Shown: positions 1 through 12,400 of the stretch, in pieces
How positions within the stretch are numbered: position 1 is the stretch's first letter
Layout of the letters: each line of letters opens with the position of its first letter
Assembly: GCA_039621445.1 (NCBI GenBank)
Contig: CP154954.1
Coordinates: forward strand, 37,805,703-37,869,702
DNA length: 64,000 bases
Direction of reading: 5' to 3'
DNA from: Euglena gracilis
Lineage: Eukaryota
The notes under the pieces: model-generated
Seen by the model: the letters and a program-made list of their open reading frames with translations, nothing else
Told to the model about the DNA's origin: nothing
Database searches by the model: none
Program-made: the position numbers and the translations under genes

Positions 1-944
1 GTTTCTGATGGCTACTTACAATTGGTTACCAGATGGGCTAATGGCCATTTTTTAGTACCTTTTGCAGCATTCGGCCCATTACCTCCTCTGTATGGGCTAT
101 TAGGCCTGGTACAGTTCAGAGGGATACAGCCCACAATTTGGACCCATTTCGACTCACTAGAATAATTTTTAGGAGCACTTATGTGCAACTTTTCATTTAA
201 ATCATTGATTTTCTACAATTTTTGGTCATGTTTCCCTATTCTGGCACTCATATCCCTAATGGGAGTGACCACGAGGCACTATGCCAGAGTGGAATGCAAA
301 AGGATGTGCTGGTAATGGTAATTTTTCCTCTGCTCAAGATGTCATAGACATGTTTTATTTGTATTTTCAAGCGCATTTTTGCTTTTTTGCGATTTTTTTG
401 CACAATTTTACAGCTTTTTGGGTGATGTGGTGTTATTAGACACCCAAATCCCAAAATCTATACAACAGCAAAAACGCAGTGCTATTGGACACTCTCAACA
501 AGCACTATGTGCACTTGGCAAATTTGCAGTTTTAAATGACTCAAAATGCAATAAAGTTGCACTTTTGGTTACAAAAGTGCAACTCTCGACGCAGATTCTG
601 CATTTCTGCCCTAAATCCTGATAGGGATTTCCTTAAAAATCTGATAAAAGTCAGTACTTCTCAGTGGCATAGTCACTAATGATGAGATTTAGTCATATTT
701 TCAGTATTTTTCCCTGTTTACCACACCAACGGCATTCTTTCCCCCCTCCCCGCTTCATTCAGTTGGATCGATATAGTTCGGAGGACCCAATGGTCATCAT
801 CTGCAACACCAATAGTGTCATTCTGCAAGGTTTATAAAAACCAGACCTCAGAAATGGTGAAAAGCAGCTTTTTGTGATGAATCTCACAGCACTGGAACAA
901 TGTTCAATCCTTTTATGTGCATTCACAGTTGATTTGCGGTTTTT
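1..944. repeat. AT-rich dispersed repeat, copy 1 (runs off window start)
   Basis: Aligns by eye to 14972-16282 (gtttctgatggcta... to ...tttgcggttttt). ORFs 379..621 and 15252..15569 translate almost identically. Confidence 0.9.
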
Positions 945-1928
945 CAAAGTGGTATAAGCCACACCAACCACAGTTGTTCTGTGAATTGGCAGCAGCCTGC
1001 CACAATTCCAAATTTTTTTTTGCGGGTGTACACCTCACTATGATTTTTTGGGCAATCTTCCGAATTCTTTTGATTCGGGTATACACCCAGTAGTATTTTT
1101 GTGCCTTGCATCTTCCGCAAGACAATGTTTCTGGGCGATAAAGCCTACCCCCCCATTATTTTTGGCTAAAGCCAACCCTTCAGCCAACAGGTTGCACACC
1201 CAAGGCACAAATGCCAAATCTACAGTTTTTAGGGCTACTGCCCGTTACTCTGAGGTATAAGTCTCTGTGGATACCCCATCGACCACACCGTGTTCGCGCT
1301 GCACTGTGAAGGCTTCACAGCGGTATATGCCGCCAGTAAGAAGACGCACAGCGTACAGCGCGCACACCGCAATAATAGCCTCAAGTTGTTACTTTTCGGC
1401 CTTAAGGCCCCATAAGACTGCCAGACAACAAAAATTCTGCATAAGGTGTTTTGACCAGCCCCCCACTCCTCTCCTCTTTCCCCCCCTGGGCAACATCGCT
1501 GTCGCCGGCAGTTGGTTTTGTTAGAAGGCTTTTTTCCCTGGTCAGGTATGACTGGCCAGGTGCCCCCTCCTTCCACACCCACCCCAGAATTCGTTTTCCG
1601 ATCATGGAATACACCACCCCAAGTGCCATAGGCACACCCAAACCTGGGCGGATGGGAATTTCTGGAAAGAAAACCTTCCAGCATCACTTTCCAAGCGGGC
1701 TCTTCCACTTCCACCCCTTTACCGCAAGAAGTAGTTAGCCGCATAAGCGGGTAAACTCTTTTGCGCGTTTTGGGTTTTTGGGTTCCCCTCTCTTCCTACC
1801 GTTTCTTTTTCAACCTTGTGATAGAGAAGCAGACCCAAGATATGCTTTCCTGGTGTACATTCCTTAGTCTCAGAGCTCTGCTTGAATCCTTGCTGGCCTG
1901 GTCCAGTAAGGAAATCGGGCAAAGCCCT

Positions 1929-1938
1929 GGGAGGGGGA
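1929..1938 (+). other. Polypurine tract of an LTR retrotransposon
   Basis: gggaggggga lies 2 nt upstream of tgtaaaga, where similarity to the LTR at 8615 begins. Confidence 0.6.
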
Positions 1939-1940
1939 TG

Positions 1941-2320
1941 TGTAAAGACAAGAACATGGCACTGGGCATAGCAGCAGACTGCAGAATGTACAATGTCATG
2001 CTAGATAGCACTATTCCATGTTCTGCAACACAAATTGCAGCATTAGGAATAGCCTATCCTATCTCGGATTTGCCTTCTCTTTTCACAGGTGGTATTATTG
2101 TTTTGTTTTGTGTTTCACAAGCCCAAACAGGCAAAAAGAAGATTTGGAGACTTGAACTCCGATAGGAGAACACAACTGGAACTGAAGTTCCAAAAATCAC
2201 ACCTGGTTTGCCTTGTGCTCTGCATAAGCCCAAAGGCAATATAAACTAATAGTTAAGTCAAAGAATTTCTTTTTTGTTACTCTCCTGGTTCTGTTCCCAC
2301 GCGAGGGTGTAAGTAGGCCG
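1941..2320 (+). repeat. Truncated 3' LTR related to LTR 8615-9118
   Basis: Starts TGTA after the PPT. 2209-2319 closely matches 8908-9018 (tgccttgtgctctgcataagcccaaaggcaat...taagtaggcc), with patchy matches upstream. Cut off at about 2320. Confidence 0.7.
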
Positions 2321-2559
2321 TTAGCGCCATCCTTGAGCTCGATTTTGCAAACACCGAAACGGACCGCGAATCGCGGGGTCGACGTCACAGGCGTAAACTG
2401 GGTTCTGCAGTACACCATGGAATCCGCAAGTAATTCGCGAACAATAGTCAGCAGACTTGGGGTGCTGGTCCGCACTCTCAATGCCCGCGGGAAATCTCCG
2501 TTGAGGGTGTGGCATCCCCATTCGTACCAAGGTATTCTTGGCGCACGCAAATCGGATAT

Positions 2560-2985
2560 TTCGAATGAGTCAAAGAAACAAACGCGAGAAATGATTTCTT
2601 TAACGGGTGGCAATAATATACCACAAATATCCTCAAATAGTGGTACATCAGCGGGTAAATCCCACCAATGGAAACACACATAGGATAATTGGTGAAACCA
2701 ATCCGCATTCGGATTGACGGGTATGAGGAGAGCTCCTCGCGCTTCATCGCGGAGGAGCTCCACCACATCCGGGATACGTTTTGGGGGAGGGTGCATCCAG
2801 AGCACCGTATCACCCCAAAATTTTAGAAATGTGTTGGACTGTCGCGACCAATATCGCGACAAGCGCGCATGTGCTTTTGATGAAAACCTATCAGTTTCCA
2901 ACGACAAATCGAAGGAATCAGCCAAAGCCGCGATTTTGAAGAACCATTCCTCCAAAATACGGTATTCACCAAAATTGAATTGTTC
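2560..2985 (-). CDS. DIRS/Dam-type DNA N6-adenine methyltransferase-like domain (part of ORF 2197..3057)
   Basis: GEYRILEEWF..ETDRFSSKAHARLSRYWS..LWMHPP..GALLIPVNPNADWFHQL..LFEDICGILLPP is colinear with the DIRS MT domains in this window (GDYTLNLNIF..EVDMFCTPSNKKFPKF..YANPP..CLLIVPHWASTSWWRQL..LFTNCWGEEMPPP). Confidence 0.8.
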
Positions 2986-3739
2986 CATACACGCACCGCG
3001 TAGGTGTCGACCTGGTTCGCGGGTTGAAGAGCGGTAACGCAATTCAGGGATCCGCAAACATAGGTCAAGGGTGTGTCATCCACACTCCCCAGGGGCATTC
3101 CCAAGGGTTGATGGGTTGGATGGGTGCATCCATCCAGTCCATATCATGCCGGATGGAGGTGGGGGAGGTGTGTGACACAGATTTCGTGGTCCCAAACAAC
3201 AAGGCAGTACCTCGTTGTTGGAGCACTTGGTGTACGGTCGCACACTGCGATCCGGAACCAAGTGTATGGGTGAGCGAAATCTTGATTAGTGTACAATAAT
3301 CTGGCTGGGCGGAAATTCTCCTACAGTGCACGCACTGGAAGGAAGTGTCAGGGTAGTGGTCCTGGTCGCGCATGTTGGTCTGGTGAGGGTGTGTGTAAAA
3401 GTTTGGATGCGCTTTTGTAGCTGCTGGGGGATGTACAGATGTATCTAAAAGCGATACATCTGGTGGAAAACGGCGTATTAGTGCAGCTTGGCGACTACTC
3501 GACACCGTTATATCTTCAGGCCTTTGGGCTTTCGTCTTGTAACCCAGTGGAACGAGGGTGGTACCGCTACTCGCTTGCCCTGCCTCATGGGGAACGGAAG
3601 TTGGTGTGCCAGTGGGCAGGGGGTGAACTTTCTCGGTACACCCGGTGTAGGAAACGTTGGTTGGTGTGGTTGGGTGAAGTTTCTTGAAAGCGGTGTGGAA
3701 AAATTGGTCATCGTCGCGGTTGAAGCCAGAGGTGATGAA

Positions 3740-4110
3740 GGTTTGGGGGGCAATGAAGAGATTGGTGATGTGCGCAAACCGTGGGAGTGGAAATCCACTA
3801 CCAGCCGGTGCTGACGTAAAAAGGGGTATCCCAGAATTACGTCAGAACCATGGATTCCGGATTCATATACCCAGGTATCCGGAAAATTTTGCGGTTGGGG
3901 GGGGGTGTGAGTGATGCTTGGGGATGAGGGGTAGGACAATATCCAAAAAGCATCCCCAGTCACCACCGCACATGGGGGTGCTGTCAGCCGTCGTAATTTT
4001 GATCGGCTTCCTGGCTTGCACCAAGAGGGGGGTTGGTATCAACCCGATCCGAAAAAAGTAGTGCAATGCGACAACCAGTGTCAATGAGAATTTAAATTTT
4101 GCACAAAAAA
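3740..4110 (-). pseudogene. Retropepsin-like aspartic protease (frameshifted)
   Basis: ILIDTGC, then KPIKITTADSTPMCGG and SDVILGYPFLRQHRLVVDF, spread across reading frames. Confidence 0.8.
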
Positions 4111-4919
4111 ATTGGATTTTGTTTTCCGCCTGGACTAAAAGTTCCATGGGGGGTAGGCAAAGTGAAGGGTCTGGCGAAAATACGTTTTCTTGCCAGCTTT
4201 CCCATGAACCTTTTCCTACTTCGCACAACATTCCCAGCGGAAATTTGGAGTGGGGGGTGGGGGACCCGAAAATATTCCGGGTACCGACCAGAAAGGCAGA
4301 TGGGCAGGGAGGGTAGGGTTGATCAGGTCCTACCTCCATCTGTTCATCAGCCAAGATGTCCGTGCACTCGGACCTCGGGCTCCCCTACCCCAAGTCCGAA
4401 CCGGCCGAATAGCTGGCTATGGGCCTTTTTAGAGTTATAAACGGATTTTAACGTGCGCACCGCCACGCGGGCCTCGTCGAAATCGGTATCCGTGGTCTCA
4501 TCCCCCTCCCTCCTCGAAGCCGGGGTGTCATCCTCCAAACAAGATATCTTTGAAACCGACTTTATGGCGGTTGGAGGAGTGACCCTTGTCACCGCGATTC
4601 ATACCGCGATGACGTTCGCCAGGGCGGGGAGAACGAGAACGCGGGCATTTGGATGAGTGGTGAAAACTCGATCCAGGAAGCGAACACCGAGATTTGTGTC
4701 GCGATTCTGGGTAACGGGGGGATCGGTTTCTCGATTTCCCGTCAAACCGTCGTGGTGAGCAGGTATCCCGTCGACCATGACCGGTGTATCGGGACTTTCC
4801 CGATGAGGATCGCGAAGAAGCTGATCCGCTTCGCGAACGCGATCGCGATGTCTCGCGATAAGAATCACGCTTCTTGGCCGGGGCGCCGGGTCCTACCCCG
4901 AGGGGTACCGTGTTTCCGC

Positions 4920-5216
4920 TCATCGGGGAACGGGGATCCGGGGGCTAATACCACCGGAACGGGGACGCGATGACCGTGAATTGCCCGATTGGCGTGAAAA
5001 TGCGGAGGAACCCGAACCCCGTGATGGGGTCGAGCCTCGCGGACTCTGAATACGCTTACGCGCTTCAGGATTAGGACAATCCCGAGACATATGTCCCGCT
5101 TTGTTGCACAAAAAGCACACTTTACCCGTGACTTGGTCCGAAGAACGCGGATTTCGCGTTTTCGATCCCGTGGGAGGTGAAGTGGGTGAAACCGGTGATT
5201 TTTGCAATGCGTTCAC
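4920..5216 (-). pseudogene. gag nucleocapsid region with CX2CX4HX4C zinc knuckle
   Basis: CFLCNKAGHMSRDC, followed by an S/R-rich low-complexity tail. Confidence 0.85.
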
Positions 5217-5317
5217 CGAACCAGCCGGTAATCCAGCGGTTGGGTGTGCGGTATACGCGGATTGAATCTGACCAAGAAGCTGTGATGGCTTCAGTTTTGC
5301 TTGGAAACGTAGTTCCA

Positions 5318-6638
5318 GACAAAAGAAAGAATAATTTCGGACTGTCTACAGTTAAATCGCCATTTCACCCCCCAGAAGTTCAGACTGGAACACATGGGAA
5401 GTATCTTTCCATATTTGAAAAGGTGTTGGTTCTGTTGAAAAATAGATCCGAACGATGCTTATTTTCACCTAAAGCTGCACAGCAGCCTGGAAAAACATGT
5501 TTGCATGCAATTGGGGGGGTAAATTTAGCTGTTTCAAGCTGCATGCTTTGGCATCAGCAGCCTGCACCAAAAATTCATGATTCAAATGAGAGTCTGGGAA
5601 AGAAAATGGAGAAAGTAGGGGAAAGTGGTTTTTTTCTACCTGGACGACATTTTGCTGTTAGCCCCCAGCAAAAACACAGCAGTCCAACATTTGGCAGAAG
5701 TGAAAAAAGATCTCCTACTGGCAGGTTTCAGATTAAACCTCCCCAAATCCTGTTTGGAACCCACACAGGAGATAAAACATTTGGGCCAGTGGGTCAATTT
5801 GAAAAAGACCAAATGGAAATTCCTCAGGAAAAACTGAAATCCTTAAGGAAGGAGCTCGGCAAAGTGCTCACAGCACAAAAAATGAGCTGCAGAAAACTCA
5901 GCTCCATTGTGGGACAAGTCAGAAGTTATTTAGTCTCCATGCCATTTCTCAGAATTCTGACAGATAACTTTGCAAAATGGTGGATCTGCACACAAAGTGG
6001 GGTTGGGACCACACCCTAACCATTCCCCAGGGGGCAAAGGTTCAAATTGTGGAATTAAAAGCATTGTTACAGCCGGGTGTTGGCAGGGCATTTCAATCCC
6101 AGGCCTCTCAAAAACTCTTTTCGGACAGCAGCACCTGGCAATGGGGGGGGGGGGTCTGGACAAAGATTCAGGGCAAAAGGTGCAAGATTTTTGGAGGGAC
6201 TTGCACGTCCCTCCTATCAATCAAAAAGACGTTGCAGGCTGCAGTGGAAACTGTAAAAGCACTAGACCACCAAACCAAAAGCACCAAACCAAAGCAAACA
6301 ATTGTGCTTCATGTGGACAGCCAAGTGGCTGTAAGTTATCTAACAAAGTGGGGAGGCAAAAAGCCCTACCTAAATTCCATCTTAAAACCCCTGCTCTATC
6401 ATTGCCAAGAAAAGAAAATCAATTTGCAGGTGGTTTGGGTTCCCACAAAGGAGCAACTGGCAGACTCCCTGACCAGGGAGCAAAAGGACCCAGGGGATTA
6501 TACCCTAAACCTAAACATCTTTCACCAAATTCTTCAATTATTCAGAAAGGACATCACCTCAGAGGTGGACATGTTTTGCACACCCAGTAACAAAAAATTC
6601 CCTAAGTTTGTTTGTCGATACCCCCACCAAGGGGCTTG
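5318..6638 (+). mobile_element. Internal fragment of DIRS retrotransposon (RT, RNase H, start of MT), degenerate
   Basis: FYLDDILL RT motif; LFSDSS and LHVDSQ..LADSLTR RNase H motifs; close reverse-complement match to 26440-27750. No termini. Confidence 0.9.
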
Positions 6639-7055
6639 TGACTCATGGGCGCTGAGTGCCCAAAACAACATAACCTAACCCAACCCAACCTGATGACTCC
6701 CCAGTTAGGATTAGGAAAATCTTATCAGGAATTTCAATCAACTGACTCCATCTGTCCCTGTGCAGGGCTCTGTATCTCTGTCTGTCACTCTGTCAGTTTG
6801 TGTGTTCAAGAATTATCTGGATCAGTTATCTGGAACAGATCATCTTACCCTTGGTTTGGACTTTGGTACTTTCTTCCTTTGTGGTTTGCTTGCATTGTGC
6901 TGGTGGATTAGCTGATTGCTTGTGTATTTTTTTATCAATTGGAAGGTGTGAGCCAACCAACACACCTGTTTCCACCCCAAAAACCCTCAAAAAAGAAAGA
7001 AAATGCAATTTTTAAAACAAGCCGCGAGAGGAATTGAACACAACCTGGGCAGGGT

Positions 7056-8339
7056 GAAGGTTGGGTTTTGGGTTATGGGTCCCCCCCAAAATTTGTTTTT
7101 TGGGTACCCCCCATAAAAAAACACCAAAAATTTGTATTTTTGGGACCCCCTCTTTGAAAAATTTAACACCTAGCCCCTAATAACCTAAAAAAGGCCAATT
7201 TTGGCCAAGGCAAGCGATTTTTTCAAATTTTTCTGCACCTGCGGCGCCAAAAGGGTTATCTCATTATCTCACCCCCTCTGGGCCCCCCGGGGGGTCCAGC
7301 CGGAGCAACCCCAACCCCCCCCCTCCCCCGGGCGCAGCTTTAAATAATCCCTGGGGCTGCAGCCAGAATCGAACGAACCACCGACCCCCCACGTGCAAAG
7401 CAGAATTCCAGTCCAACACGTCCAAAAGGATGGAAGCGCACCGGGGGAGGCAGTGCTTATGCAATGCCGGTGTTCATACACCGGGGGGAGGGGGAATGGG
7501 ACAAAAAAATTGTGGATTCTGATGAGGGGTGATCGTTGGAATCCAGACGATTATTTTAAGAGGAAAAATCATGCCCTGCAGAATTGTGACCTCTGGTTGG
7601 GGGGCAGGGGGGTGTGATCTAAAACCTCCCCCCAAACAATGCCCCCCCCCAAATAATCCCCCCCCGGGGTCCGCCTTCGGCCACCGAAATAATACCCTCC
7701 CCCCCCCCGGTTTCGGGCCGAAGGCCCGGTTTTTTGACCTGGAAATGTAGGTAAAAATCACAAACTCTGACAACGAAGTACGAAAAAAATCGATTTTTCT
7801 GCATCATCTGGCCTCCAAAATATGCTAAATTTCATGAGAAAGTACAAAATATGACCCCAAAGGGGGTTTTGGCACTATTTTTGCTCCTACGGAACGAAAA
7901 AATTTGGGAAATAATACCCCGCCTCTCGGGCCGGGACTTCAGGCGAAAAAATAACGCTCGGCGGGTATTCTTTGGGGGGGGGTTACATGTCTCGAACAGA
8001 AAATTGCCTTTTGGGGCATTTTGAAAGGCCTTGTGGCTGAAAAAAATTTAAGGATTCAAAATTGTGCTGACTAAACTAACTGGACTAACTGGGTGGGGGA
8101 AGGTCTGACTACTGGAAAAAAAACGCCAGAAAGCGTTTCAAGCAGGCGGGGAGTGTTCAGGACAACTCTGAGCGACAGTCCCTTTGTGACTTTGCGGATG
8201 TCGGCCATTGTTCCCCGTGGCTTTCTCTCATCGTCAATGGAGACCCAAAAATTTGATTTTTGGGTACCCCACCAATATTTTTGGGCCGATTTTGCGACCC
8301 CCCCCCCAAAAAAAATACAAAAAACAAAACCCAACCTTG
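7056..8339. mobile_element. Composite MITE (aaggttgggttttg / caaaacccaacctt TIRs) with nested insertions
   Basis: About 14-bp inverted termini; imperfect flanking duplication (ggcagggt / gcaggggt). Confidence 0.5.
7620..7986. mobile_element. MITE, same family as 58152-58553
   Basis: Colinear similarity (ggtttcgggcc.aaggcccgg.ttttttgacctg.aaatgtaggtaaaaatcacaa) and inverted taaacc..caaa / tttggg..gtta ends. Confidence 0.7.
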
Positions 8340-8614
8340 GCAGGGGTAAAGATCCTACGCAAAGGGGTGCCGTCCCCGAGGAACTGAAAACTCAGGGACA
8401 GGCCCCACGAATACAACATGGTCGCAGAGGTAGACTGCCCAATTTTGATTCCCCTCCAACATGCGGCTACGAACAACAAGCTGAAAAACGACCAGAAACT
8501 GAAACAAACTGACGCTGACATGCCAGCTGCCGAAACCGCCATCGCCAGGCTGGTGGAGCCGGCGGAGGGCAACTCAGCCATGTACCAACCACTGGATGTG
8601 CCAAGTGCCTTATG

Positions 8615-9118
8615 TGTACCAGGCAGCCGTAAGGCCATGGTACTGTGTATGTAGGTATAAGCCTACGGGCAGATATAAGTCTGAGCCCCATACACAGTAC
8701 AATGCGACGTGGTGTTCCTAAAGATGGCCAACGGCCTGAATTAGGAACACCTCACCTTTATTCTGGTTCTCCTCTCCACAGGTGGTATTTGTATTCTGAT
8801 TTTCTTCTTCACTTGAATTTCAAGTTTGATTTGTTTCTTTTGAAGTCCGAAACGGACAGCCAGGTCACTTGGAATTTTCTTTCTGTAGCCCATAGGGCTT
8901 CTCTACCTGCCTTGTGCTCTGCATAAGCCCAAAGGCAATAAAAACTAATAGTCAAGTGAAAGACTTTCTTTTTTGTTACTCTCCTGGTTCCGTTCCCACA
9001 GGAGGGTTTAAGTAGGCCCACAGGCAGTGGGAATAGAGTCAGGGGACGTTCACTTGTTAGCAGAGTAGCTTACGAACCTACACATACTTCACAAACAGAA
9101 AGACTACCAAGGAGTACA
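8615..9118 (+). repeat. 5' LTR (504 bp)
   Basis: Bounded by TGTAC...GTACA, followed 2 nt later by a PBS; homologous to 1941-2320. Confidence 0.75.
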
Positions 9119-9120
9119 CT

Positions 9121-9130
9121 TGGTAGCAGA
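9121..9130 (+). promoter_or_regulatory. Primer-binding site for initiator tRNA-Met
   Basis: TGGTAGCAGA is complementary to the 3' end (..UCUGCUACCA) of eukaryotic tRNA-iMet with an AGCAGAG acceptor stem. Confidence 0.75.
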
Positions 9131-9401
9131 TTCGGTTCCTTTCCTACGCCCCTTCTCCCCCTCATCTAAACAGGTGACTTCAAACAGTGAGTGGTGCTGA
9201 GCCTATAGGCTACAAAACATCCACGAGCTGTTTGGAGCCAACTTCCAAGCACAGGTACAAGCTTCAGGAGGTTCTGGGCAGTATACACTGCCACATCCTT
9301 CTAAGTTTGTTCCTTTGCTTACTTTTTGGGGTTTCTTGTGTTTGTTTCTGCAAAAAGATGTGGAGAGCTCAAGCACCAACACACTATTTGATTATTAAGA
9401 A

Positions 9402-12400
9402 TTGATAAGTTCTTTGAGAAAGTTTGATGAAGATTTTTCGCAGGAGTATACGCTCCAACCCAAGTGTGTGGCCCTATATGGGGCAACTCCCAGCTCTATT
9501 GAGCATCCCCTCACCCCAGTGGTTTCCAGCTCTATTGAGCAACCCCCCACCCCAGTTTTCAGCTCTATTGAGCATCCCCTTACCGTAATTTTCAGCTCTG
9601 CCGAGCATTCCCCCACCTCGCTTTCCAGCTCTATCGAGCATTCCCCCCACAGCTCTATCGAGCAACCCCCCACCCAACGGGTGCTACACCTAATGGTGTC
9701 CAGCTCTATCGAGCATCCCCCCATAGTGGCCAGCTCTATCGAGCAATTACCTCCAACACCCAGCTCTATAGAGCATTCCCCCACCGTTCCCAGCCCTATC
9801 GAGCATTCCAACACCCAAAGGGTGCAACACCTAACGGTATCAAGCTCCATGGAGCATCTCACCACCTATGAGTTTCCACACCTAACGGTGTTTGATTTAG
9901 GCGATAACCCCGCTGCACAATGGATTCAACGCCTATCGGCGTGTGGCTTTATCGAGCAACCCATCGCCCAGTGTGATTATCAGCCTTTGCTGCAAAGCCA
10001 GTCATCTTGTTGTACTTCTATGCATCCGGATGTCGCCACGGTGCCTACAGGCACAATTGACAAATGTCCTCCAAAGGACGACACACCCGCACAAAACTCC
10101 CATGGACTGAGCGAAAAATGGTGTGAGATGCAATCCAGCAATGATGCGGCATTTTTGCACATGCAACATAGTTTGCAAAATTTGTTTGCAAAAGTGGAGC
10201 CAACAACGGCACTTTTTGAGCACAAAAATCCTGATATGGGAGCTCTTGTTACCTTGAAGCAGTTCGATACCTTAGCTGCTGCATTCCAGGAAGCGCAACA
10301 GCGCATTATGCAACTGTGCCGTGAATCGGCAAATTTTCACCATATGCACACCCAACCTGGTGAAGGTTTGGCTTCCAGCACTTACGTGCAGCAACTGGAG
10401 GAAAGACTTTCCCGGTTGGAGCAAAAATCATGTAGGTGTGGTGAAAATTCTGCTGAAATAACAAGTTTTTACGCCCATATCACGAATATCGCAAGCAGGC
10501 AGGATGCTTACCACCAACGGTGGCAGAATAATATTGTTGACATCCAAACCGCAATTGCGGTGTTACAGAACCGCAACGCAGTACCATGTTCACATAATTC
10601 AGAATTTCAGCGATTTTCTGCAGATAAGCGTGATGAAAATCACCAAGTCAGAAAACAATTTAGTGACAGTCCGATACGGACCGAGGAAACAGTGAATCAG
10701 CAAGTCAAAAACTTGCAAAAAGATTTCTCGGCGCTATCCGCGCAAGTCTCGGGGTTTTTGGAACAGCCAGTGGCTGAAAACGAGCGGAATCCGCAACATA
10801 CCCCTCCTTCCAAACCATCTCCACAACTGGAGTCTATTTCCGAAGCGGTGCACACTCTAGCTGTGCGACTACGGGAATTGGAAAGTGGTTTTGGAAAAGT
10901 TTCGCAAGATTCCTGGTCTTTTTCTTGCAAAATCCCTCTTCGACGATATGTCCAAACACCGCAGGCGTATTAGGCGTTTGCAGGAAGATATTGGTGCAAT
11001 CGCCGATCATCTGAAAATTCTCGATGATTTGGAGAAACATTTTTGTGTCTTTGCAGAAAATTTGGATCAAATACACACGCAATTGCGATGTTTACAACAA
11101 AAAGTGTTGTAGGCACACTTGCCGCAGATTCCAGCTCCAAAAGCGCTAATAGCGCACCTTTTGCAGAGCCTATTGGCACATTGCCACAAAATTACGATTC
11201 TGCTCATTCAGTGGTCCCTCCCCCAGCGGTACCAGTCCCATTGGACCATTTTTTGGATGATGGGGTTGGTTTTCAAGAGAAAGCCAAGCAAAACCCTCAA
11301 AGAAATCGAAAAATTTGGGAATATGAACTTTGTCACGGTATGAACCGCACTCCTGCACATGGTATTGATCCTGAGATGCATCAGCATCACCGCTCACGTA
11401 TTCGTGATTCACCAAGTTTACAAGGTACCTATGGTACACCAAGCGGAATATTGAATGCGCATTCGCAACATACACCTAAAAGTACACTTGGTGCAACTAC
11501 CGAGGTACCCGCGCATAGTGCGGTTTTGCACCCAGGCCCATCCTCCGTAAATACCACCGAAGGGCCATGGGATTCTCAGAAAAATTCAAAGGAATCATCG
11601 CTATCACGAAAAAGGTGAAGCCCCAATGAGATGGTGACCCCACAGCGTGGAAACAGTTTTGGCGCGATTGGGAATATTATTGGGAATATTATTGGGATCT
11701 GAAAGGACAAACCCATAACGAAAATCCAGAGGTGATCAAAATGGAATTCATAGATTGTCTACCAAAAGATAAAAAGGAACGCGCTAGACAATTGGTCATA
11801 CGCTGGCACATTTCTTTTCAGGATTTGGTTGAGCAATATGCTTCATCATGTTCCAGTTTGGTTTCCAGAATCACTCTGGAGAAAAAATGTCGGCAATATG
11901 CCCCCCATGACCGAAAATGGAGGTCGATAGACCTATGGTACTCAAAATGGCTCTGTTTGGCAGCCGAAGTAGACGAGTTAGGTGAAACCCAAATGAAAGA
12001 GCAATTTGACACAGTATTGCACTTTACACCCAAACTCATCAAAGAATTTCACCACGAGGAACTCGCAGGACGTATTTTGACGCTCGATGAGCGATGGAAC
12101 TATGTTTCCAAACAGTTGAAGCTATCACAGCTTCTCGGACAAATCCAGTCGGCTTATATACCCGCTATCCAAGTCAGTTCTGTGAAAAAAGTGTCACACT
12201 TACCAAATACCGCTGTAGCGGAATCCAAATTGCGCAATTCGCGCTCTTCAGAAGAATTTTCTGACAAATTGTGCTTTTTATGTAACAGAAAGGGTCCTAT
12301 ATCTTGCAATTGTCCAAATCCCGCAGCGCGAAACCACAACACAAGAACAAGAGGATCAGCCTCAGATGATACCAGTAAATATCCGCACTCACGATCCACA

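Larger units (their letters stand above)
2321..5317 (-). mobile_element. Decayed LTR (Ty3/gypsy-like) retrotransposon fragment: gag zinc knuckle - protease - methyltransferase-like domain - pre-RT linker
   Basis: CCHC knuckle 5076-5117; ILIDTGC (DTG at 4074-4082) and DVILGYPFL; MT-like domain; linker DPAIRGPF/GVCKIELKDG resembles DPP*RGPPGFGKIELKPG before the gypsy RT at about 17365-17420. Frameshifted and truncated at both ends. Confidence 0.8.

Noticed and set aside
2197-3057. Bacterial or phage restriction-modification gene, or contamination
   Set aside because: The domain is embedded in a retroelement polyprotein and resembles the DIRS-borne MTs in this window; there is no prokaryotic gene context.
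8985-8997. tggttccgtt as a tRNA-Glu-like PBS (also at 2286)
   Set aside because: It is not preceded by a CA end and LTR homology continues past it. The GTACA end plus iMet PBS at 9121 fits better.
9490-9960. CRISPR-like repeat/spacer appearance
   Set aside because: The repeat core is only about 14-20 bp, spacers resemble each other and keep frame inside a gag ORF, there are no cas genes, and the context is eukaryotic.
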